From Blepharisma stoltei ATCC 30299 (Eukaryota > Protista > Ciliophora): a stretch of 64,000 bases of DNA. Below are positions 27,301 to 38,329 of this stretch, piece by piece. The stretch's first letter is position 1, and each line of letters begins with the position of its first letter. Both the position numbers and the translations under genes were made by a program. Under the pieces are notes generated by a model. That model saw only the letters and a list, made by a program, of their open reading frames with translations, searched no databases and had not been told where the DNA came from. Where the stretch lies: assembly GCA_965603825.1 (NCBI GenBank), contig CBFDEM010000060.1, positions 310,001-374,000 on the forward strand, in the 5' to 3' direction.

Positions 27301-30300
27301 GCCTGTTAAAGCCTTCTTCTTGAGAGCATCAGAATAGTCTTGAGCATTGTCTTTAAAGGTCGTAAGCTTTGCTAAGTTTTTAAGATCTTCGCTAAGCTCA
27401 TTATTTGCTGATAATAAAGCAGTTTCATCTATTCCATACTTGAGGAGAGGGTTATCAAGAAGTTTTGCAGCTTCTTCATCTTCTGCATTCAAATCCCACT
27501 GACCAGAAATAAGGTTTGAACTTATAGATTCAAGCACTATGGAGGCCGCATCTTTAATAGTGTCAGGCCATTGCTTATCTAAATAAGAGACTTTACAAAC
27601 TGCTTTTATTTCTATCTTCCAGCCCCAATAGCTTACACTGCCATCTGAATGAAAAGCGAAAAACAGCAATGGGCTTTTAATCTCAAGAGACTCTCTTGGA
27701 AAATCAGTTCCTGTGAAACTTCTTAGCTCATTGGTTCTATTTTCATCTAGATAGAGCTTCAAGTGATCGCAGCTATTTTCAGTTTGGAATTGAGGATCAA
27801 AAGTAAGAATGTATTTAATCGCATTAGGGACTTTTACTAGTTTAGTTGTATCAAGGCAATTTTCATATGGATGGCTACTTTCATAAATTTCTGTTTTACT
27901 TCCTGTTGCTAATGCTAATACAGCAGGTTTAGATTTAATCAAATTTACCTTGCTCAAGTAGCTCAGAAGCACCTCTAAAATTTTTGAGTTGCAACTTAAG
28001 TCCATTTTGATGAGTGGAAGGGCATAAAGGAGTCCTTCGAGTGGATGGCCAAAAATTGTATCACTGAAATTTGCAGAGATCTCGTCAGGAACTTCACCAG
28101 TTGGATATCTTTCTAATAACCCCTCAGTCAATTTAGTTGAAGCTTCTATTAACTTTCTCGAGTATTTCAAGAAAATCTTAAGCCAGTCTTGATGAGAGTT
28201 AGATTTGGCAACTGACGTAAGCAGCGCAGCTTGGCTTGCTTCAATCAATCCCACCAAGCTTCTATCAAGTGCTTGATCTCTAAAGAGAGTACCTGCAGAG
28301 GATTCCGATCCTAAGTCTACTAGTAAATCCATAAATTTATCGATTGTTTGGAATTCCTTTTCACTTTTACATTCAAAAGCTGTAAGCAATTTTTCTGCAG
28401 TTGACATTTCAGAGATAACACCATCAATTAGAATTCTAGCTGTATTATCCTGAAGCTCTCCTCCATATTTTTGCTTGAGCCCAGTCACTAAATAAGCAAG
28501 TCTTTCTTTTGGCTCATCATAGTAGAAATCGAACCCAAAGCTAATTGTTTTAGAAGCCTCTTCAGAGGCTTTAGAATCTGGTATTTCACTGAGGATAAGC
28601 TTAAGATGGTTTAGGATTTTATCCCTGATCTCATCGCCAACTTCCTTATCTTGATGATAGCTTGAAGCCAAAATTTGAGTTCTGATGAGCTGGATTGTGG
28701 AAGAAATAGCTTGAATATAACCTTCTGCGCTTAATTTGGAATCTCCTGACTTATAAGCAGCAGCAAGAATATCAAGGAGTCTGTCAAGCTGATCTAAAGT
28801 CAAGAATTGATAGTCCAAAGTCAAGTCTTTTCTTTTTGGAATTTCTGCTTTTGGATCTCTTTTCTCGAGAAGTGTCAGGATATCTGCGTTGACACAAGCT
28901 AGCTTATTAACTATAAAGGCACCAATTTCTGCAGGGTTTATATTGAACCAATCGTCAGGGACTTCATCATTTTCTAAAAGCTTGTAAGCATTACTATCTC
29001 TGAACTCAGAAGTCTCATGAGCTTTGTCTAGTTGCATGGAATTAATTAGATCCTCAGAATACTGAGTAATTTCAAAGCTCCTAACCTTAATGAGAGATCC
29101 TAGAGAAACAAATAGCCTAGTTGTTTCTGGCAATGGGCCATGGCTTCCTTGAGGCTCTTTCTCTCCATTTTTGTAAAAAGTGACTGTTTTTTCGTCCATA
29201 TTCAAAAGAAGACCAATTTTATCGCCCTTGCTAAAGTGCTGCCACTCATAAATTTGATTATTATTGGAGCTTATTGAAGAATTGGCTGAATAGCATATTT
29301 TCTGATGGGTGGTATTTTCGTAGTTGCTTTCTGCAACTCCAATCAAGCAAGCCTCACTTGGAAATTCTTCTAATAAGAGCTCAAAATAGTGGACTCCACT
29401 CTTAAATTCTTTCTCACTAAGCACAAATAGCCAATTTTCTGATGATTCTTGAGTAGCTCGCACTAGCACTCCTTCATCTTCGACAACAATAGGTTGATAT
29501 GCATCTTTAGGAGCAGCCCATCTTAGTTTCTCTTGAATTAAAGTTGCTTTGAGTTTTTTGAATTCTTTAAGTTTTTTCCAAATCATTTCAAGCTGCTCTC
29601 TTGTTAGCCAGTTTTGGTCAGTTTCTAAGTTTTTGATAGCTAAGCCCAAAGCTGAAGTTAAGCTTCCAGTCCCAGTAGCTAATGCAAAAAGTGCTGAAAG
29701 ACTTTGGGTAATATCATTTTCTTCCACGTTCTTGATTTCTTTGCTGAGAACCACTTGAAGGAATTTTGAGATGGAGTCCAGACTTTTCCCAGTATTTGCA
29801 TCTGTTGGCTGGAAAGACAAAAACGAAGCTTCTGATAAGAATTTGTCAACTTTTTGGACAACTGACGAGTAGAAATGGTTTACTCCGTCAATAGACTTAA
29901 TAAGGTCTAGAAGAATCTCAAGGGCAAAAGAGGATGCTGAAGGTTTGGCAGTTGCTGCTTGCTCTTGTGCTGCTTTTTTTAGCTTTTGAAACTTATCAAG
30001 CTTAAGTAGCCCTTCAAGTGATCTGCAAATGCCTTGGAGCTTCGAGATTGCTGAGCTGGGAATTTCATCATCAGGTCTGTTTTTGACAATTTCTTGGATT
30101 AAATTTTTTATGGTGTCTCCATGCTTTTCTCTCAAGTTTTCTGGGAAGTCCAGACTATAAACCATAGCTTCTTCTTGATCAGTGCTATTTTCCACTGCTT
30201 TTCCCTTTACCTTGCTATAGCCAGGAATAGCATAATTGTCCAGATCAGATCTGCTTGTAAGTTTAGGAGTATTGAAAATGAGACGCAGGTCATTAGCAAC

Positions 30301-30387
30301 TTCTAAATCGCTTCCTATTGATTTAGTAAGTGCTTCCAAGTCTAAAGTTTCAACTCTAGAGACTATCTCGCTTGACGTGCTTCCCAT
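18301..30387 (-). CDS. Giant HECT E3 ubiquitin ligase (4028 aa) with SPRY, CUB-like and putative MABP domains
   Basis: Three same-frame ORFs joined by TGA at 25507 and 20773; no TAA/TAG in the linkers (checked). C-terminal HECT: GEAAIDAGGPY, FLKFVWGRSKLP, catalytic HTCFF (Cys at 18433-18435). SPRY motifs such as GDKIGLLLNMDEKTVTFYKNG; ESSHPY...FHSDGS.YWG CUB-like repeats. Confidence 0.95.
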
Positions 30388-31084
30388 TTATTTATTATAA
30401 CCAACCATATTTTAGCTCAATCAATAAATTCCTAAAATTAAAACTTATATATTTATTCTTAGATTATCTCTCTAATACTCTATTTAGCAAAATTGGCGAC
30501 ACAAAGAAATTATGCATAACCAATTTTGATAAAATAAAATAATAATTTTGATTAAGTAGAAAATTTGACTGAGTTAGCGATATATTAATGGCAATTCAAA
30601 AAAAAATTCTGAAATTGAACTCTAAAGCACATTTACATCAAATTCGACCCAAAACTAGTAAATTTTCACTTTCGATTTTCCATGTTTTGCATATTTTATT
30701 AGGCATATAAAAATGGACAGAATTCTAAAAAATTCTATTTGACTCTATGCAATCAGCTAATTAAGCTGATTAGAATATCCTAAAAATTATGACAAGTATT
30801 TAGATTATTTTAGGAAAATTTTTGAAGTGCGTCTATATCATTTACATAATACCTCATTAGATTGACGTATTTTACTAGATTACAGTCTTTCTTAAAAACA
30901 ATTTTCCAAAAAATTATAAACTTCCTTGGTGAATTTAATTTCGTCTTGTTTTAATTTTACAATAATTTATTTAAGAGTAATAACTTTAAATATAAAATGG
31001 TAGTAAAGTATATTTAATCCAATTAATTTCTAGTAAGAAGCAAAACAACTTATCTAATTTTATTATCTTTACTAACTTATAATT

Positions 31085-31490
31085 CATGATTTAAAAAACT
31101 TGGAGGATTTAGGCAGTCTCATTTCAGTTTATCTTAATTTCCTTACCTGTAAGCTTTATAAAGCATCAACATCTGAACAGTCTTGAATTCAGCTAAAGAG
31201 TAACTTTAAACATCTAGCTCCAAAGTGCAGAATTGTCTTCTGAATGAATATTATGACATCAATTCCATTTGGAGTGCTCAGCTTATCTGATGCTGTTAGA
31301 CTCTTATTAGAACCCTAAAAATAGTAGCATATAGAAGCCCGTCCATTTCAATTGCCAATTTAGGTAGCTACTTTAAGCGAGTTACTATCTATTCTTTAAT
31401 ATCTTGAATTCTTTTGCATGTATTTTCCTATATTATCACTCGCAGAGAATCTTTCTGCATCAGAGAAAACTAAAAGTGAAGCTTGCTTTT
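31085..31490 (-). pseudogene. Degenerate duplicated fragment of the adjacent HECT ligase gene (source ~19826-20250)
   Basis: Collinear exact matches: TCAGAGAAAACTAAAAGTGAAG (31460-31481 = 20222-20243), ATCTTGAATTCTTTTGCAT (31401-31419 = 20153-20171), CCAATTTAGGTAGCT (31355-31369 = 20106-20120). Indels lie between them and there is no intact ORF. Confidence 0.88.
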
Positions 31491-32084
31491 CTACCACTAA
31501 CTAGTAGCACAAATTAAAAAAAAATTCAACAATCACTGTTGAATATTATATTCCTTGCAAAAAGATATCATTAGATGAACCCATAATTGGATTTACTGGA
31601 AGGCATGATCTAATAATTTGAATATAATGAAGGTATTTTTTATTTCAGTCGAAGAAAAATCAATAATTATTTCAATTCTATTGGAAAAACAAATAAAGAA
31701 TTGAAAGGACTTTTTCAATCCAACCCACAAATTAAAAGCAAAGCATGCAATATGAAAATTGATTCACAATTACAATGTATATTAGATGCAACTAAACGTG
31801 AGACAAAGGGCAAGGTAGAGGATCTTAATAACCAGAAAATAATTATAGACATTGCGATACATTTTTTCAAAAACCGTTCAAAATACTCAACAAATCGAGC
31901 CTATAAAAAAAGAGGAAGCAATCCAGCCTGCTGGGGATTGGAAAATAGAAATCAACAAAGTTTGTGGCAAAATGCTGGCTTTGTCTTCATAACAAAAGCA
32001 AAGTGTAAAATCACTCATATTAAATATTTGGCAGGCCTTAAATAAGAGAAAATAAAAAAAGTTTTAAATTGTTTAAAAGAAGAT

Positions 32085-33260
32085 TTAATTATCCTCAGAT
32101 GAGGTAGAATATTGCTTCGCAAGACTGATAACAGTGTTAAGATATGATAAATCTTTCCCCCATAAGTAAGTTAAATGTCCAAAAGGCATCGTAGTGTTTA
32201 AGTACACTATAGACTTTGAGTTCAAATTTTTTCTGAGCCAGTCCCCATCTTTAGGATCAGCAAGCCTGTCATAAATCCCAAAAAACAGCGCAATAGGGCC
32301 AGGGATTTTACTGATATCATAAGTTGGAGGAAAAATGGATCCATAATGATAAAGATTTCCAACAGAACCATAGTCATATTTTTCCATCTTACTGAAAAGA
32401 TAATTGGTCATTTGCTGCCAATGCATCATATTGAAAACGCTTGTTCCACCTGGTTCATGAGAGAGTATTACAGGGAAACGCTCAGTATTATCTTCAGAGA
32501 CTTTAGAATCTGAGAGAGCTTCAGCTACTCCTTCACAGACATCAGGAAGCACGTCACAGAACACATAGTTAATCCCTGGAGCATTAGCATTTTGCAAGAA
32601 GGAGTGAATCCCTAAGACATCTAAAGTATCGAAATATGGAATTCTTTTCAAGAGGTTGAAGAAATCAATGTCAAGGTACCTGACAGTGCCAACTGGAGCT
32701 AAAGCAATAAAAATGTTGATATATTTCATAAAGCTCGGATCTTCTGCCAAATGAGCAAACATCTGCAGCGTCCCTTGAGAGTGACCAACATATGTCAACT
32801 TCTTTTGTCCAGTTTGGTTAAGGACAAAAGGAATAACTGCTGGAATATCATATTCTGCCATGTGCTGCCAAGTGAAATCCCAATAATCAGAATGGATCCA
32901 AGGATTCCATTTGACATGCCCTAAGCTATGGAAGCTTCCTCGAGAATTTCCAAACCAAACATCAAACCCAGCATCAGCTAGAATAAAGCCTGGAGCTGGC
33001 TCATTCATGATCCAAGTATCTGAAAGATCCAAAAGGCCATGCTGAAGAAATGCAACAGGCTTTCCAGATGTTATTGGCTCATCAGTTTTTCCAGGTATAC
33101 GGAAAAGGGTTAGGATATAACCATCAGCAGTTGTAACTTGATAGGACTGAGCTTGGTAACCATGGGCTACGCAAACTTGCATGAAATTCCTATGGACATC
33201 TGGGTCTTCTTCTTTTAAAGCCGAAACTGATGCGCAGAGCAAAAAGAGCTGAAGAAACAT
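32085..33260 (-). CDS. Secreted/lysosomal acid lipase (gastric/LIPA family alpha-beta hydrolase), 391 aa
   Basis: Signal peptide; VTTADGYIL, LQHGLL, WFGNSRG, nucleophile GHSQG, catalytic Asp (DRLAD) and His (FGHL); TAA stop. Confidence 0.95.
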   Translation of the reverse strand: MFLQLFLLCASVSALKEEDPDVHRNFMQVCVAHGYQAQSYQVTTADGYILTLFRIPGKTDEPITSGKPVAFLQHGLLDLSDTWIMNEPAPGFILADAGFDVWFGNSRGSFHSLGHVKWNPWIHSDYWDFTWQHMAEYDIPAVIPFVLNQTGQKKLTYVGHSQGTLQMFAHLAEDPSFMKYINIFIALAPVGTVRYLDIDFFNLLKRIPYFDTLDVLGIHSFLQNANAPGINYVFCDVLPDVCEGVAEALSDSKVSEDNTERFPVILSHEPGGTSVFNMMHWQQMTNYLFSKMEKYDYGSVGNLYHYGSIFPPTYDISKIPGPIALFFGIYDRLADPKDGDWLRKNLNSKSIVYLNTTMPFGHLTYLWGKDLSYLNTVISLAKQYSTSSEDN

Positions 33261-33804
33261 TTTTTATTGATTTGTCGATATGATTAATCAGTATATGCAG
33301 ATATATATTGATATATTTAAAGTAAAAATTCGCCATTTTACTGTTGAAATTATATATTTAAAAAGTATTCAATAAAAATAATAACGATTTTTGATTTTAT
33401 CTCGTAGCATAGCTATTTATTATATTATATTAAATTAAACTTTATATATTTATATATATATATAAAAATTCTTTGTTTTAGCCAATATAAATTAAAAGTT
33501 CTTATTAACTTATGAGAATTTTTGGTCGAATTTTATTATATATAAATAAATGGATAGATATAAGGAAGAAATCAAAAATATGAATGAGCTACCACGCTCA
33601 TAAATATTATATAAAACTCAAAATCTCTAAATAAATTGCTATATTATTTAACCTATTGGATATATTTGGCACTCTGAGATCTAATTTTTATTTAATTATG
33701 AAAAATTGCAGAAAACAAGTTGGATTAAAGATCCTTAAAATTTGTTTTAATATTACTAGATTTATTGATCTAACTAAGACTTGATTTAAATATTTAACAT
33801 TTAA

Positions 33805-34515
33805 ATGGAAGAAAGAAAAGGTTCAGGAAAAGCAAAAGGGGAAAGTGCTTTTGGAGGTGCTCAGCCATCTCTTAGCGGCCTTGTTCAAATGGGTATCGGC
33901 CACAAATCAAAAGAATACGGCAGATGGGGTCTATATTCCGCAAAAGCTGAAATAGTTCTTTATGAATTACGCCAAGCTTTATATTGGCAAACAATCGTAG
34001 AACTTTTCCTAACATTTTTATGCTTTCTGATGCTCTTGACTGGAAATGGTTTTCAGTTTATTTTCCATTTCGTTCATGGCATCAGACCCTACTTTGCTTA
34101 TCTTACAATTCAAACTCTTCCAAAATCCTATAGTATCCTTGAAGGCCTCCCAGAAGATCTAAAACAAGTCAACCAAGACATTCAGACGAAACTTTTTGAT
34201 GAATTTAAATATTGTTCAGCACCACTTACAAAATATTTTATTGTGTCTATGTGTGGTTTGCTCCTAGATTTGCTAACATTGTTATACGATGTCAAAAAGA
34301 TGGATGGAGATGAACTTAGTGCAGCCTTTTTCTTGTTTGCTGCCTTTATTTATGTTTCTTTTGACTTATTTTTACCTTTGTGGTATTACACTCTTAAATT
34401 CAGCTTCCCAGAGGATATTTGGGTAAATTTAACTAAGATAGCAAATGGTACTTTTGAAGAAGCGACCGCTTACGTTAAAAACTCACTAGACCAAATGCAG
34501 CAATCACTCAAATAA
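33805..34515 (+). CDS. Uncharacterised multi-pass (~4 TM) membrane protein, 236 aa
   Basis: ATG..TAA ORF flanked by AT-rich spacers, with four hydrophobic segments. Confidence 0.8.
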   Translation: MEERKGSGKAKGESAFGGAQPSLSGLVQMGIGHKSKEYGRWGLYSAKAEIVLYELRQALYWQTIVELFLTFLCFLMLLTGNGFQFIFHFVHGIRPYFAYLTIQTLPKSYSILEGLPEDLKQVNQDIQTKLFDEFKYCSAPLTKYFIVSMCGLLLDLLTLLYDVKKMDGDELSAAFFLFAAFIYVSFDLFLPLWYYTLKFSFPEDIWVNLTKIANGTFEEATAYVKNSLDQMQQSLK

Positions 34516-35028
34516 ATCTTAAGAGAGAAATATAACTTAAATACTTAATTAATTTAAGTCTTAATTATTTTGCCATTTAATCAAATAAAAATCTGTTACA
34601 GATTTCATATAAAATGGAAGCTTAATTTGAAAGAGCAAAATTAAAAAATATAAAAGACTAAATATATTTTTAAGAACGTATTCTAAGTATAGATCAGACC
34701 TCTTCTTTTTCTCTACGATTGAAAATTAAAAGCTTAAAAAGTCAAAAATATTTGATAAGTTTTCTTTATACATTTTAATAGCATAATTTAATAATTTCTG
34801 AAAATCCAGTGGTAGGAATAGTTATCAACCTCGAGCTGTAATTATAATTTAAAGACACTAAACATTTATTATTCAATTATTCATTGCTGTTTTACTTATA
34901 ATTAAAATTAGTGCCTTGAAATTATCCAAAGCGTAAGCTTTCATGCAATTAATTTCATGTTGGCGAGTCTTGTAACTTATCACCATTCATTACCTATATT
35001 TATGCAAGTTACTAAATAATAAAAATAA

Positions 35029-35427
35029 ATGAAATACTCAAGAAGATTTAGTAAAAAAAAGAAAGCCCTAAGAAAGAGAAAAGTTTATGTACCCTATTAC
35101 CAAGCATCTATAAAAGAAATTATGCATGATCTTAAAATAATTGATATAGAAAAAAACGAATTGACGCTAGTAACTCCCAAAAAAGAGCCCATAAAGCAAA
35201 TTCCAAAAAAAAGTGTAATTACTGATGAAAATATTGCTATAGAAAGTTTAGTCCTTCTAACTGAATCAATTGAAAAGATTGAAGAAATCAAACCTGAGCC
35301 TCAATTAATCAACCAATATCAAACACAGCAATATTACAACTTCCAGCCATTCTGGCAATATTATCCATATTTTCTGTACCAGAACTATGCAAACAACATT
35401 GGACAATTTGGATGATATTATAATTAA
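35029..35427 (+). CDS. Small uncharacterised protein (132 aa) with basic N-terminus and Q/Y/P-rich tail
   Basis: ATG after AT-rich leader; TGA at 35413 followed by TAT TAT AAT TAA. The N-terminus is NLS-like (RRFSKKKKALRKRK). Confidence 0.6.
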
Positions 35428-35647
35428 ATAGTTCAAATAATGTATAAAAACTGAATCTTTAAAAATACAATCCTAAATTAAATATCACTTATTTCTAGAA
35501 TATTCAAAAATTTTGATTTAATTTTAAAAGTAATTACGAGAAAAAATTTCTTATAAATGCCTAATACTTTAAAGAAGAGTAGTTTGGCTCAATATATGAA
35601 AGTATAAAATAAACACAATGGCAAATAAATAAAGAAAAAATAATATA

Positions 35648-38290
35648 ATGTTATGCAGGCAATTTGGGAGAAAATCTTTAGCCTTCATTATATTTTTGGC
35701 CTTAGTTACCTCATTATTTTGGATAGGCAATATATTAGCTTTTGATAGTGAAGCTGAGCAAATAGAAGAAGTCTTGGTACCAACAACGACTGCTATCACA
35801 TCTAGCAATCATTCAAAAGAAATCCAAACTTCAGAAGACCAAAACTCTCCAACCATTGCTCCTGTTGCAACTTATGATGAAGCCGATCTGCTGCTTGATA
35901 TTCTCCCAAGATCTAGCTTACATTACAACATATCTTGAATTAAATCTACTGAATTACAGATTGAGGCTAGCATTCCTGGAGAAGAAATTGCTTGTGTGCC
36001 GTCTACTTTTGGCTATACTAAGGAACAAGCTGAAAATCGCTATAAATACATGGATAGGGCTTTCTCTTGTGGATCTGAAAGCGACACTGCAGTGATGATT
36101 GAAGATAACAAACTTATAGTCAATTGTCCAAGCTATACATCTCCTACAACGTGAGCGGTAGGCAATGTCCCTTGGGAAGAGTTGTTTGGGAATGTCAGAC
36201 TTGTGCCAAGGTGGAATAATTACAAAGGCCGCGAAGATATAGGAGATGCGGAATTTGGATATGTGAAATGTGGCACTGGCATTAAGCAAGCCTTTTTGCA
36301 AAATAAGTTTTCTAGGTCTGCCTCTCACAGAGCGCAATCCACAAGAGAAATCATCTCTGATAGCCTCAATTTAAAAGAAAAGCCTAAGCCTTTAACTGTG
36401 ATGGTTCTCTATTTGGATTCTGTATCTAGAAAGCACTTTTATAGAGCCTTGAGAAAAACAGCTGCGTTCTTTAACAGTTCAATCGCATCGGGAGCTTTTT
36501 CAGACGACTACGTAATTTATGATTTTTTAATTAACAACGCACATGGAGAAAATACAGCACCAAATATAACTCCTTTAACTTACGGACATTCTTTGCCAGA
36601 CCATCAAAAGTTTACAAAAGGCTGGTCTGTAAGAAGAGCCCAAGAGAAAGCAAAATATGAAGAGCTGCAAAAAAGAGCTATTTGGAAGCACTATGAAAAA
36701 ATGGGATTCGTCACAATGTTTGGCTTTGAAACAAAAGGGGATTATTTCGCAGAGATAACTGGGAGAAAAATTCTTTGTGATCACGTAGCCACAAGTTTTT
36801 GGCGAGGATCAACTGATATCATGGGATATAATGAGTATTCAGAAAAGCAACGATGCATCGGCAATTATTATTCTCATCATTATATGTTCCAATATGCATG
36901 AGAGTATGTGAATAACTATAAAGGCCATAACAAGTTCAGCTATATGCACATTTTGGCTGGGCATGAAGGGACAGGGTCAGTAATAAAGACTGTGGATGAG
37001 GACTTATTGAAATTTGTAAAGCAAATGCTGGAATTTCACAGGGATAATAATGAGGATATTGCATTTATCGTAGGAGCAGATCATGGTTTGCATGTAGGGC
37101 CTTGAGATAAAATTGAAGAAGGGCTAATGGAGAATTTATTGCCTTTTTCATTTTTGATTTCCAATAAAGAACTCATAGCAAAACTGGGTCCGGAAACTCA
37201 TGAAATTTTGCAACACAACACAAATAGGTTAATAGGAAAATTAGACTGGCATCTCACTTTAAAGCATTTAGCAGCAGCGCCTTATGGAAATTTAGACACA
37301 AACTCCAAGGCTTATAAAGAATGAAAAAAATCAACAAATTCTGAAAACGCTATTTCCTTGATTATGGAAAAGGTTAAAGATAGTAGGACATGTGAAGATA
37401 TCCGAATAAATTTGTATTGGTGCACCTGCTTAAAGTATGAAGAATTCGATAGATTAAGCTCAGAAGAAGAATCAGGCATCGTGCAGCGTATAGCAGAAAC
37501 AGGTATTGAAGCAATTAATCGAAAAATTTCAAAAGACAAAGCTGGTGAGTACTGTATGTCTGTTTCCCTTGCTAAGATTATCAAGACTGATCATGAAATC
37601 ACTAACTCCAAAGTAAAACACTACAAAGTTGATATAAAAGTGAATGAACACCCTGATTTTATTTTCAGAGTGATTGCTCAAGTTATGCCAAGCTCAGAAA
37701 TGGTGAAGTATAAAAAGCAAGAACTCGAAAATCAAGTCTATCCAACCACTTCTTTGGAGTCATCTCAGGGAAAACTCGATTTGCAGGTTCAAAATGTAGT
37801 GAGAGTAGACAATACAAATGAAATTTGCATGGAAGTTGGAAATAGTGTTAAAGGAAAAGACAATTTTTGTGTATGTAAAGGACTAAAGGATTTCAATATA
37901 CCTAAATTTCCAAATGGAAAGGTTAAAGTGTTATTAGAAAATTTTAAGAAGAAATTAAATATTTTTGTAGGGGAAGTGTCTCAAAGCTGCAAGGAAACTT
38001 GCCAAATCAATGGAAAGGTATGCGAAGAATGAGGATTATCAGTAGTTAATAATTTCGATCTCATGAATGAGTCTTGAAGAGAAATAGGCTCAAATAGCTA
38101 TTTCGTGACGATGGATAACGAAACCTTATTTTTTAAAAATTTAAGGGTGTCTGAGAGGACTTCTGGAGATATCCCCGGATTAGTAAGAAATGAGATGGAC
38201 TATAAATTTGTTGAAGCAGATTGGAATAGTTTGAGCTGCAACAACCGATCTGAACATATAAGGGCGTTTTGCCCTTGCTCAAGGTTTTAA
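35648..38290 (+). CDS. Type II membrane DUF229-like (alkaline phosphatase/sulfatase superfamily) protein, 880 aa, with Cys-rich C-terminus
   Basis: Six same-frame ORFs joined by TGA. N-terminal TM anchor; VMVLYLDSVSRKHFYRAL and IVGADHG motifs; RTCEDIRINLYWCTC; TAA stop. Confidence 0.85.
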
Positions 38291-38329
38291 TCTAGATATA
38301 AAGGGTATTTAAGTTAAAAATTATTATGT

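Noticed and set aside
30751-30771. Inverted repeat AATCAGCT-AATTA-AGCTGATT
   Set aside because: A single 8-bp hairpin in AT-rich DNA is expected by chance, and there is no transposon or IES context.
31701-32045. 114-aa plus-strand ORF
   Set aside because: TTG start, no recognisable motif, intergenic-like composition; coding status unsupported.
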